NCBI GenBank assembly: GCA_021793275.1
Contig: JAJYTC010000001.1
Location: forward strand, 26,045-90,044
Length of the DNA: 64,000 bases
Source: Deltaproteobacteria bacterium
Lineage (GTDB): Bacteria; Desulfobacterota; Syntrophobacteria; Syntrophobacterales; Syntrophobacteraceae
Direction: 5' to 3'
This document shows, one piece after another, positions 29,419 through 38,718 of this stretch. The notes under the pieces are model-generated. The model did not search any database. It was not told where the DNA came from and saw only the letters and a program-made list of their open reading frames with translations. Position numbers and translations under genes: made by a program. Positions within the stretch are counted from its first letter, which is position 1. Every line of letters begins with the position of its first letter.

Positions 29419-29577
29419 GAGTCGAAAGTCGAAAGTCGAAAAGCAAAAGGCAAGAGGCAAAAAAAACGGCATTAAATCCAGCCACCCGTCGCGGGGCAGA
29501 GCCGTCACCGGCTAATATTAAAAAAGGGCAAGGCGACCACAATGACTGAGTCGCTAATCCTTTTGCCTTTTGCCTTA
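29419..29577. repeat. inverted heptamer arrays (AGTCGAA x3, AGGCAAR x3, versus reverse-complemented AAGGCAA x2)
   Basis: The left arm is at 29419-29466 and the right arm at 29559-29577. They enclose about 90 nt. Confidence 0.5.
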
Positions 29578-29711
29578 AACTTCAGCTCGCCCCCCTACTT
29601 CCTCTGCCCAAATTCCTGCCGGGCACTGGCTACCGCGTGACCGTGTGTTATATTTTTTGGAGGACGACCCGTTCTGAATTTTGGACTTCATGCGGACGAG
29701 GAGGTTCCGGG

Positions 29712-32700
29712 ATGCTCCCTGTCGAGTTGGACCGAGAGAATCTAAACGATGTTCCCGTTTCCGAACACAGGTCCTTGAACATGGCTTTTCAAGCCATTCA
29801 GGCCATAGTGAGCCAGAATGTCCTTTCCTACTTCACAAACAACAGGGGCGTCAGTCTCGCGCAGCTTGTCGCACTGCGCCGCTCGGTCGTCTTTCGCCGA
29901 CTGGAGGACGAAGCAAATAGAACAGGGCTTCCGACCCTGCTGTTGCGGCAAAAACAGGGCTGGAACATCCTGATTCATGAAAGGCTGATCGACCGCCTGG
30001 CGCGCATCCTTTCGGTTCGCCCGCAGTTCCCGGTGGCCCCTGCTGCAGGAGAAGAGCGCAGGGTGGTCAAGTTCTGCGAGTTTTTTTTGAGACACCATTT
30101 CGAGCACCTGATTTTCCCCGATGCAAGCGAGCTTGACGTCATCGGCTCCGATATCGACTTCGCTTCAGTCCGGGCGAAAAGGGACCCTCAAGCCTACGCT
30201 ACGCTCCTGGGAATGCTCGAAAATCCCGAATGGGGCGCTCTGGGGAAAAACTATGCCGAATTGCTGCGACGGGCGCAACGAGGAGAAGAATGCAGCTTCA
30301 GGATCGGCAGGGTGGCCGCCGCCTACGCCGGACAGGTTGCCGAACTGCCGCCGGGATTTCTGTTCGATCTATTCAGGGACCTGGACCTGGAAATGAAGTT
30401 CAGGGTCCTGGATAAGATATACCGCAAAAGCCTGATCCCCGGGCAGACGGTTTCAAAAAGGACCTCGGAACTGGTGAAAGCCCTCCGATTGTTTGGAGTC
30501 GCAGCCCTCCACGACTCGGACGAGGCCCTGAAATTATTCACCATCTTTAATGACCGCCGGGGGATCGGCCCGCTCTTCGATGAACTCGATATCTCGTCAC
30601 TTTTGGATCCGGAAATGCCCCTTCCCGAACTCTTTGAGATTTTCAAAACACATTTGGAGGAGCTAGTGCAGCCAGAAGACACCGTCAATATACACGGGGG
30701 GTGGCAAGCAGCCCCCCAACCGGGGACCGGTCCATCACCGCAGCATTCCAGGAGCTTGAAGGAACGCATCGATGAGGCGCGAACCGCCCCGGATATCCCG
30801 CAGTCCGTAATCGAAGTGATTGAAAAAAACAGGATGAACGCAACAGGACAGAGCGGCGCCAAGTATACGGAACTAATCGAAACCCTGCTTGCGATTCCGT
30901 GGGGGAAAATAAAAAAAATCTGGATATCTCCTGAAGAGTTCGAGGACGGACTCGATCGCTCGCATTACGGCTTGAAGAAACCCAAGGAAATAATATCCGA
31001 TCTGTTCGCCAATCTGATCTGGCGCTATCAGCGTTTCAAGGAATCCGAGAGGAAATCGTGGCATCGGACCGGCAGCGCTATCCTCTTCGCAGGTCCTCCC
31101 GGAGTAGGCAAGACCTCCCTTGCGATTTCCATCGCGCGTAATCTGGGCATCCCCTACCACAAGATATCTCTTGGGGGCATGAAGGACGAGGCCGACATCC
31201 GGGGCTACGGGTTCACCTACGAGGGGTCCAAACCGGGTCTTATCGTCCAGGGGCTGATCAAGATGGGCGTAATGAACGGCATGTTCATCATGGACGAAGC
31301 GGACAAGACCGAGAAGTTCGCAATCGCCACCCTCCTGGAGATACTCGACCCGGAGCAGAACCACCTGTTTCACGACAAGTACACCCAGAGCACCGTCGAT
31401 ATCGACCTTTCCAACTGCCATTTCATTCTTACCGCCAATACGGTCGAAACCGTCCCGGAAGCGATCCTCAACCGATGTGAGGTTATCTTTCTGGACCGAT
31501 ACAGCGTGGACGAAAAAATCGCCATTGCCAGGGAGTTTCTCATCGAGCGCATCCGGGAACGATACATGATCGCCCGCGATGAGATAGTATTCGACCCCGA
31601 GGAGGAAAGCGAAATATTGAGGAGCCTTATCCGCGATTATACTTCCGAGGCGGGAGTGCGGGACCTCGAGCGCATCATGCGCACCCTTTTTCTCAGGACC
31701 CACCGAAAGGAGATAATGGTCGAGGGAAAGAACTCTGTAAAACTTGACATGGCAAAGATACGAAAATATCTCGATGCGCCCAACCGCCAGCGCCTCATAA
31801 ATGAAGACGACCGCATCGGAGAAATGATGGCCCTTGGCGTCAACCTCGAGATGGGAATCGGCACCCTGATCCCCATCCAGGCAACCCCGGTGCGCGTCGG
31901 CCCGGACAGAAAAAGCGGCGGCCAATCCTGCCTGAGTATGCTCCATACTACGGGAAACATCGAGCGCGTGATGGACGAAAGCCGCAAAGTGGCCTCAACG
32001 GCCATCCTCCACTTGTCAAAAGAACTGGGCATAGATTCAGCGGACATGTCCATACCGGTCCATCTGCACTTCATGGGCGGGTCGACCAAAAAGGACGGCC
32101 CTTCGGCGGGTGCTGCAATCGCCCTTGCGCTTGCCTCGCTTTTCTCGATGCGAAAAATTCGCCGCGATGTCGCCGCAACGGGTGAAATCGATACACAGGG
32201 CCGGGTCACCGGCATAGGAGGGATGGCTGTAAAACTCGAAACCGCCTACGCGGCGGGCTCCAGGACTCTTATAATACCCAGGGAGAATTTGACCGGAAAC
32301 GAAGGCATAGACAGGCTGCCGGACGCATTGAAAAAGGAACTCCAGATTCTCACCTTCGAACAGTGGGAAGGCAGCCACGAACCGTTCGACTACTCCCGCC
32401 ACATGCTCCAGGTGGTCGCCGTGGACGATATCGTCCAGGCTTCAAAGGTTGCGTTCATCGAACAGGAAGAAATCGATTCACTTGACGGTTTCTTTGAGGA
32501 GCATGCGGAAAAAGCGCTCGCCGAATCGGTCAGCGCCGACTTCAAAACCCTGCGCGTCATCTTTGTCGACAACTTCGGCGTAGCCGCTCCGGAACTTCCC
32601 GGCGCCCAACTCTGCTCCGACGATCACGAATGCATCATTCTGGTACGGCCCGACTTCAGGGAAGAGATTTCCAAAAAGCTTGGCAAATCATCCGGCAAAG

Positions 32701-33185
32701 GCCTCATCAGGGAATTTAATCCGGCCAGGGAACGGCTCCTCGATGTGTTGCAGGAAATAAAGACGAACTACGGGAACTTATCGGCTCAGAGGTTCAAAAT
32801 CTCGCTTATAGCCCCCCCGCCCTTTCTTAAAAAAGCAGGAATTCGCCCCGAGGACCTGGAACAGGACGCGGCGTTCGCGGGGCTTCGGATTTTCGCCGAC
32901 TGCTGCACGGCGGGAAACGTGCCGGTCCGGGACTGCAGCATCACTCTTGCCAGGTCGCTTTCCCGCCTGGTCGATCTTTCGGATGAATTGCTCGAAGGCT
33001 GTCCTTTTCTTTCCAAAAGCGAGGGGTTCTATGCCCCGACAGTGGCGTTCATTCCGGAAAGATACAGGATCGACGTGCGCCGCGCCCAGGAAATCCTGGA
33101 CCACTGCCTGTCCAAGTGGCTAAGCATTGCGGGAGGAAAAGCGGAGAATGAGGCCTTGCCGGCAAGGTCGGCAATGAAGCCATGA
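29712..33185 (+). CDS. atypical LonA-like ATP-dependent protease (about 1157 aa)
   Basis: A GAGGAGG RBS lies 7 nt before the ATG at 29712. Walker A is 'GPPGVGKTS' (nt 31092) and Walker B is 'FIMDEADK'. The S16 protease motif 'KKDGPSAG' has its Ser codon at 32103-32105. The Lys of 'GGMAVKLE' is at 32232-32234. The first roughly 360 aa and last roughly 250 aa are unrecognised. Confidence 0.85.
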   Translation: MLPVELDRENLNDVPVSEHRSLNMAFQAIQAIVSQNVLSYFTNNRGVSLAQLVALRRSVVFRRLEDEANRTGLPTLLLRQKQGWNILIHERLIDRLARILSVRPQFPVAPAAGEERRVVKFCEFFLRHHFEHLIFPDASELDVIGSDIDFASVRAKRDPQAYATLLGMLENPEWGALGKNYAELLRRAQRGEECSFRIGRVAAAYAGQVAELPPGFLFDLFRDLDLEMKFRVLDKIYRKSLIPGQTVSKRTSELVKALRLFGVAALHDSDEALKLFTIFNDRRGIGPLFDELDISSLLDPEMPLPELFEIFKTHLEELVQPEDTVNIHGGWQAAPQPGTGPSPQHSRSLKERIDEARTAPDIPQSVIEVIEKNRMNATGQSGAKYTELIETLLAIPWGKIKKIWISPEEFEDGLDRSHYGLKKPKEIISDLFANLIWRYQRFKESERKSWHRTGSAILFAGPPGVGKTSLAISIARNLGIPYHKISLGGMKDEADIRGYGFTYEGSKPGLIVQGLIKMGVMNGMFIMDEADKTEKFAIATLLEILDPEQNHLFHDKYTQSTVDIDLSNCHFILTANTVETVPEAILNRCEVIFLDRYSVDEKIAIAREFLIERIRERYMIARDEIVFDPEEESEILRSLIRDYTSEAGVRDLERIMRTLFLRTHRKEIMVEGKNSVKLDMAKIRKYLDAPNRQRLINEDDRIGEMMALGVNLEMGIGTLIPIQATPVRVGPDRKSGGQSCLSMLHTTGNIERVMDESRKVASTAILHLSKELGIDSADMSIPVHLHFMGGSTKKDGPSAGAAIALALASLFSMRKIRRDVAATGEIDTQGRVTGIGGMAVKLETAYAAGSRTLIIPRENLTGNEGIDRLPDALKKELQILTFEQWEGSHEPFDYSRHMLQVVAVDDIVQASKVAFIEQEEIDSLDGFFEEHAEKALAESVSADFKTLRVIFVDNFGVAAPELPGAQLCSDDHECIILVRPDFREEISKKLGKSSGKGLIREFNPARERLLDVLQEIKTNYGNLSAQRFKISLIAPPPFLKKAGIRPEDLEQDAAFAGLRIFADCCTAGNVPVRDCSITLARSLSRLVDLSDELLEGCPFLSKSEGFYAPTVAFIPERYRIDVRRAQEILDHCLSKWLSIAGGKAENEALPARSAMKP

Positions 33186-33977
33186 TTTTGCCCACCTCTT
33201 AACCTGGCAAGACTGCCTTAAGCCTTGCCTATTACAAGCAGGGGAATTTTGATATGCTGAGATCGCAGCGCGTTGGTTGCGGATATTTTCCCGGGCTTTC
33301 AGGATTGGCGAGGTATCGCAATTCTGCTTTTCGCATGCCCCGCCGGGCATCTTTGGCTGTTATCAGGCATAGTGTCAGACTTGCTGAGAAAAACTGCGCC
33401 ATAGCTGTCCCGGCTGTTGTTGTTCCGGCTGTTGTTCCGGCTTGACGCCGCCGCTTCATACTTATATCCTGTATCCTGGAAATGCAATGGCCTCTGAGCA
33501 TTAGCCTTAATAAACATGGCGGGCTCCGCCGACGTCCCTGAGTGGCCAGGCGAGCGCAAGAAATCGCTGGGGGGCTTCGAGGTAGCGAGGGAAGATCTTG
33601 CTGCCGATTCCCCTGATACTCCCGTAAAGGCCCCAATGCAAGCCAAAGCAACTGCTAAACCGGCGACTGGGACGGCACTGGCTATCGGCCCGCTGGCTTT
33701 TGCCAGGTATTCTCGGCAAGCCTCGCAGGAATTCCTCGCCAAGTTCACCGACTGGAGCGCAGCTGCTCTACATTTTACGGAAAAAGTCAAACATCTCTCT
33801 CCTCCTCCCGGCAGGCAATATGCGTATTGGCCACCTCTGGACCTTGCGCGTGCTCAGCCGCTTTGGACCTGAGCAGCTCCACGAAGATGCGATACATTTT
33901 TGGACTTGGCAGCACGAGTATCCTTGATTTGTCCATCATTTGTATGTACAGTAAGATTATGCTCAGGGATATGCGAC

Positions 33978-34253
33978 ATGCATTATGATTTCGAATAGGA
34001 TCCGAAGAAAGCTGAGATCAACAAACGAAACCATACCGTGAGCTTTGCAGATGCGACGACAATCTTCGAAGACCCTATGGCAGTCACTATCGAAGAGCAG
34101 GACACGGACGGCGAAGAGCGAAGCGTCACCGTCGGAATGGACTGTCTCGGCCGTCTATTGGTTGCCGTGTACACCTGTCGCGGCGGCAAAATCAGGCTGA
34201 TTTCCGAACGAAAGGCCAATAAATTCGAAAGGTCCGAATATGAAAGAAAATGA
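33978..34253 (+). pseudogene. brnT: BrnT (DUF497) toxin with a nonsense codon at the conserved Trp
   Basis: 'MHYDFE*DPKKAEINKRNHTVSFADATTIFEDP...EERSVTVG...RLISERKANKFERSEY'. A TAG at 33996-33998 occupies the position of the FEWD Trp (TGG). Confidence 0.7.
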
Positions 34254-34521
34254 ATACGAGATAAAAGACCATTACGATTTCAGCAAAGGAAGGCGCGGCC
34301 CAATCGTTCCGCCGCAACACGGAAAGACCAAGATCACAATCAGAATCGACGCCGACATCCTTGAATGGTTCAGGAACAAAGTGGACACAGCCGGGGGCGG
34401 CAGCTACCAAACTATGATGAATGCAGCGCTGCGCCAATACATCGAAACGCAGGAAGGCGTACTGGAGGCCACAATACGCCGCGTGATCCGCGAGGAGCTC
34501 AAGGGCGGCCGGCAACAGTAA
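34240..34521 (+). CDS. brnA: BrnA antitoxin
   Basis: 'KTKITIRIDADILEWFRNKVDTAGGGSYQTMMNAALRQYI'. It overlaps the end of brnT by 14 nt. Confidence 0.8.
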   Translation: MKENEYEIKDHYDFSKGRRGPIVPPQHGKTKITIRIDADILEWFRNKVDTAGGGSYQTMMNAALRQYIETQEGVLEATIRRVIREELKGGRQQ

Positions 34522-34684
34522 GGAAAAGTGATAATCCGCGGGGCCGCCTTCGCCCGCTCAAATCCAACTGCCCATCACCAAAACGGCGCCAGCCGCAAGC
34601 GAATGAGCCGCAATCACATATGGAGGCGATGACCAGGTGAACACGTGAAATCAGGCGCCTCGGGGCGCCTTGCCGTACAACGTT

Positions 34685-35959
34685 TCAGGACTGAGGCCGA
34701 AAAGCCTTCGAATGGCCGGGCATCCCGGCCCTGGCGAAACATTCCCGGGCCTTATCCGCATATCCGCGCAACTTGTATACGGCGCCCAGGCGGGCCCAGC
34801 TTACCGGTTCAAGCTCCCCGAAGCGAAGGGCCGCCTCGAATGCGATATGGGCAAGACCCAGGTTCTGGTATGCAAAAGCCTTCGTTGCCAGCCATTCCCA
34901 ACTTCTGCCCCGTCCCGCCTTCGAGGAGTTTATCAGTTCCAGGGCTCCTTTCTGCTCGTTCATGCAATACAGGCTGTAAGCTATGTGGAGAAGCAATTCG
35001 GTGTCGTTTGGCAGCGGCTGAGTAGGGAAAAGACTGGGAACATATTTTTTCCCGCAAACCTTGTTCAGGGCTTCGATCGCCTGGCGATGCATACCCATCC
35101 GCTGGTAGAGTATGCCCATATGGTAGTTGTAGAGAGGGTTTGCGTCGGCGAGGCATCCCATTACCGCCAGGTTGCGAAGACTTTTGTCATAATCTCCCAT
35201 CTCGAAAGCGACCTTGGCCTGAAAAAGGTAAGCCTCCGGAATGAGATGATGATTATAGCTTTCTTTCTCGAAATACTCCAGAGCTTGCGCCATGCACTGC
35301 ATAGCCTCCTCTTTTCGCCCGAGCGGCGCATAGGTCAGAGCGAGAAAGAAATACAAGCCGCCGTCGTCGCTGCCTTCGGCTCTCTGTCTTTCCATTATGG
35401 CGAGGTTGCGCCTTGCCTTCGCCAGCCGAACCTCCTCGTCCATATACCCGAGGTGAGCGATCAGAATCTCTGTAAACACAATCTCGAGACCGGCCTTCAT
35501 GACGCTTTCAAATGCCTGCTCATGAATCGGCCTCTGGAACCGGATACCCTCGGCAATCGGAAAACACCTCAATTGCCTGCATGAGGAGGGCCCCGAAGTG
35601 TCCATACGGTTTTGCAGGATGAAGTAGAAGGCCTTCCTGCCGTCAAAATCCGATTTCAAAGATTCGATCAGGCGCTGATTTTCAGAATCGATCCTGTCGT
35701 CGGCGTCAACCCAGAGCTGATAGCTTCTGCTCGCCTTGGACATGGCGAAATTTCTCGCGGCGGCAAAATCGTCTATCCACTCGAAATCATAAATCCGCGA
35801 AGTGAACCGGGAGGCAATTTCCTTTGTGTTATCGGTCGAACCGGTATCGACAACGACTATTTCATCTGCGAAAGGGGTGAAACAGGCCAGTGCGTCAGCA
35901 ATGTTAGCCGATTCGTTCTTTACGATCATACAGACCGAAAGACCGGGGGATTTCGTCAT
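34685..35959 (-). CDS. family-2 glycosyltransferase fused to TPR repeats
   Basis: 'LSVCMIVKNESANI...VVVDTGSTDNT' is a GT2 N-terminus. The C-terminal half is TPR-like. Confidence 0.8.
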   Translation of the reverse strand: MTKSPGLSVCMIVKNESANIADALACFTPFADEIVVVDTGSTDNTKEIASRFTSRIYDFEWIDDFAAARNFAMSKASRSYQLWVDADDRIDSENQRLIESLKSDFDGRKAFYFILQNRMDTSGPSSCRQLRCFPIAEGIRFQRPIHEQAFESVMKAGLEIVFTEILIAHLGYMDEEVRLAKARRNLAIMERQRAEGSDDGGLYFFLALTYAPLGRKEEAMQCMAQALEYFEKESYNHHLIPEAYLFQAKVAFEMGDYDKSLRNLAVMGCLADANPLYNYHMGILYQRMGMHRQAIEALNKVCGKKYVPSLFPTQPLPNDTELLLHIAYSLYCMNEQKGALELINSSKAGRGRSWEWLATKAFAYQNLGLAHIAFEAALRFGELEPVSWARLGAVYKLRGYADKARECFARAGMPGHSKAFRPQS

Positions 35960-36002
35960 GACTTATCCTTTCGCCGTTTTCGTGGACCGGTGCTTGGTCA
36001 AA

Positions 36003-37070
36003 TCAACCGGCCTGCCCTCCGTCCGCGCTGTCCAAGGTCTTGAGCATCTCCGAACATTTCGCGTGTGCGGGATCGATCGCGAGCGCCATGTCAAGGACTT
36101 TTCGAGCTTTAGCCTTTTGCCCCTCGGCACAGTGAAGCGAGGCAAGCACGTAAAGGGAGTCCGGCGCCTCCGGATTTATCCTGAGAGCTTTTTCAACGGC
36201 TTCGGAGGCGCCCGTCAGGTCGCCGGCCCTCCATAGCTTTTCAGCGGTATGCCGATAGATCTCGGCCACGCCGCTCGACAGGCCGTCCGGTCTCCACGCG
36301 GGCCGCACGCTCCGCCGGATCAGCGCTTCAAATTCCTCCCACGCCTTGCTGTCTTCGGGAAACCGGCGCAGATATTCCCGGTACACATCGACGGCTGCAT
36401 CGAACTGAGCGGCCAGTGCGAGCCCCCGGGCGCTATTGACAAGAATGTCGCGATCTTCGGGCTTTAGTTCGAAAGCCTTGAGAAAATTCTTCAGCGCCTC
36501 GATGGTCTTTCCACTCTCGAGTTCGATGACGCCCAAGTTATTGTATGCTTCGCCCAGAAGAGGGTTTTCCTCGATGGCCATCTCAAAGCAGGCCTTAGCA
36601 TGCGCAACGTTTCCCCGCCCGTACTGAATTTCGCCCTGCCGGTTGAAAAACTCCGCCGCGTCGGACTGCCCGTCCTGTTCGGCCCGACTGGAAAGCGCGT
36701 CGAGTCGAGAGCGAATGTCGGCATCCTGCGGGTTCTTATCCAGGTACGCCTCGAACACCTCTTTTGCGAAATCCCCTTTGCCGAGCGCAGTGAACACACG
36801 TGAGCACTCCAGTATCGTATTCCTGTCTCCGGGTTCCAGCTCAAGCGCCTTAAGCAGTGAATTGAGGCTATCCTCGGTTTTTCCCTGCGCCCAGTAAGCA
36901 CCGCTCAACTTAGTGTACGCCCCGGCGTTGAAAGGATCTGCCTCGATCGCCCTGCTGAAACACCCTGCCGCCTCAACATGGTTTCCATTGCAAAGCGCCT
37001 CGTCCCCCCTCTCGATCCAGTTTTGAGTGAACTGCTGTCCGAAATCCGTCTCCCACAATGCCATTTCCAT
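36003..37070 (-). CDS. TPR-repeat protein
   Basis: Repeated A/Y/G TPR consensus runs through the whole protein. An ATG at 37070 has a GAGGGGA RBS. Confidence 0.7.
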   Translation of the reverse strand: MEMALWETDFGQQFTQNWIERGDEALCNGNHVEAAGCFSRAIEADPFNAGAYTKLSGAYWAQGKTEDSLNSLLKALELEPGDRNTILECSRVFTALGKGDFAKEVFEAYLDKNPQDADIRSRLDALSSRAEQDGQSDAAEFFNRQGEIQYGRGNVAHAKACFEMAIEENPLLGEAYNNLGVIELESGKTIEALKNFLKAFELKPEDRDILVNSARGLALAAQFDAAVDVYREYLRRFPEDSKAWEEFEALIRRSVRPAWRPDGLSSGVAEIYRHTAEKLWRAGDLTGASEAVEKALRINPEAPDSLYVLASLHCAEGQKAKARKVLDMALAIDPAHAKCSEMLKTLDSADGGQAG

Positions 37071-37395
37071 CGGCTTCCCCTCTATTGCGTTATCTTCTCT
37101 TCCGCCCTTAGAAAATCCGCATATCAAGCGATCCACAGCCACTTTGCCATCCGCGCGGAGAGTCAAAAAGATTCAGCTCACGCCAATTTTTTGACTCTGC
37201 GGCAAACCTCCCGCAGAAGCGGAGGGCAAATGTCCGGGCCACCCCGGTGTTTCGTGGCTTTTGGTGGTTTCCGGGTGTCCCCGACAGCTTCTGTCCGGCC
37301 TGAGGTTTGCCATTTGCAAGATGTCAGCCAATCGGTGAATAACAGAGGAAAAATATCGGCAGATGCCGGGAAGATGAGGGGTTAATCAGCCTTTC

Positions 37396-37430
37396 CCTTT
37401 TGACTTTTTACTTTTGACTTTTTACTTTTC
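37396..37430. repeat. heptamer array (reverse complement AGTAAAA AGTCAAA x2) overlapping the rsmI stop
   Basis: 'cttttgactttttacttttgactttttacttttcc'. Confidence 0.45.
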
Positions 37431-38369
37431 CCCCAGCAGTCCCATCCCGCTTTTCTTCATCTCCAAAACAGCCTGGTAGACCACTCTGCGGGGAAGGCCG
37501 AAGCGGCGGACAACCGCCCGGACAGCCTCCTTCGATGAAAGACCGCCGGCAAGCAGGACCTTAAGCTCTTCTTTCCAGGGTAAGGATTGCTGACGAAAAC
37601 ATTCGGCGTTCGATAACTCCGAGCTTTCGGCGGCCTGCTCGGATTCCGGCTGCGCAACAGCCCCCGTTGCCGCCCCTTCCACTACCAGGGCGAGCTCGCC
37701 TCTCACCTCGCCCGCGAAATGCGACATGGCTTCGGATATTCGACCTCGGAAGACTTCCTCGTGCATCTTGGTAAGCTCCCGCGCAACCGCCAATTTTCTG
37801 TCTCCCCAGTTCTCCGCAATATCTTTCAGGGTCTTTACGAGCCGCTTGGGTGATTCATACAGTATCAGCGTCATTTCCAGCTTCGCGTTTTTTTCGAAAA
37901 ACCGGCGTCTTTCCGCCCCTTTTGACGGAGGGAAGCCAAGGAAAACAAAAGGCTGAGCGGGAAGACCCGAGACGACCAGGGCGGATATGAGGGCCGTGGG
38001 ACCGGGAACGGCTACGGGTTCGATGCCGCGCTCAAGCGCGGCTTCCACAAGGAGATGACCCGGGTCCGATATGCATGGGGTCCCGGCGTCCGTGACCAGC
38101 GCCACGATCTTCCCCGAAGCGATTTTATCCAGCAGATCGCTCCCGCGCGTCCGCTCGTTATGTTCGCGATAGCTCACGGTGGGTTTATGGATTTCGAAGT
38201 AAGACAAAAGTTTTCGTGTCCGGCGCGTGTCCTCGGCGGCAATTATATCGGCGGCGCGAAGGGTTTCGAGCGCTCTAAGCGTAATGTCGGCAAGGTTTCC
38301 TATAGGCGTGGCGACAATGTATAGCTTTCCTTCCTTCGCCTCTTTTGAATCATCGGGGTTCGAAGGCAT
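37422..38369 (-). CDS. rsmI: 16S rRNA (cytidine1402-2'-O)-methyltransferase
   Basis: 'LYIVATPIGNLADITLRALETLRAADIIAAEDTR'. Confidence 0.9.
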   Translation of the reverse strand: MPSNPDDSKEAKEGKLYIVATPIGNLADITLRALETLRAADIIAAEDTRRTRKLLSYFEIHKPTVSYREHNERTRGSDLLDKIASGKIVALVTDAGTPCISDPGHLLVEAALERGIEPVAVPGPTALISALVVSGLPAQPFVFLGFPPSKGAERRRFFEKNAKLEMTLILYESPKRLVKTLKDIAENWGDRKLAVARELTKMHEEVFRGRISEAMSHFAGEVRGELALVVEGAATGAVAQPESEQAAESSELSNAECFRQQSLPWKEELKVLLAGGLSSKEAVRAVVRRFGLPRRVVYQAVLEMKKSGMGLLGEK

Positions 38370-38718
38370 TGACTATCCAGTTTATTTCGGGTCCTTCGCC
38401 GGTCCACCTGACGGCGACAACGTCAAAGCGCATATGCGCGTCCACCGGCCCTCGTTGCTTCAAGTACCACAGGGCCGCTTTCGTAATGCGTCTGCATTTA
38501 TAAACGGTGATGGATTCCTCGGGGCTGCAAAACTCGTCGGGCTGCCTCGACCGCACTTCCACGAACACGACGTACTTTCCGTCTCTTGCCACCAGGTCTA
38601 TTTCTCCCGGCGGACACCGGAAATTTCGCTCGAGGATTTTGAGTCCGCATTTTGAAAGATATTCCGCGGCGACCCTCTCGCCCTCTTTCCCCTTGTTATA
38701 GCGGCTCTTCGTCAGCAT
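38350..38718 (-). CDS. yraN: YraN-family (UPF0102) endonuclease-like protein
   Basis: 'GERVAAEYLSKCGLKILERNFRCPPGEIDLVARDGKYVVFVEVRSR'. Confidence 0.8.
   Translation of the reverse strand: MLTKSRYNKGKEGERVAAEYLSKCGLKILERNFRCPPGEIDLVARDGKYVVFVEVRSRQPDEFCSPEESITVYKCRRITKAALWYLKQRGPVDAHMRFDVVAVRWTGEGPEINWIVNAFEPR

Noticed and set aside
33299-33790. A 163-aa minus-strand ORF as a real gene in the lon-brnT spacer.
   Set aside because: It has a non-ATG start and no RBS. Its composition is low-complexity, and it overlaps ORFs of similar length in other frames on both strands.
33996-33998. The TAG in brnT read as pyrrolysine or programmed readthrough.
   Set aside because: The position corresponds to a conserved Trp one nucleotide away from TAG (TGG), and the window contains no pyl genes. 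A simple nonsense mutation is more parsimonious.
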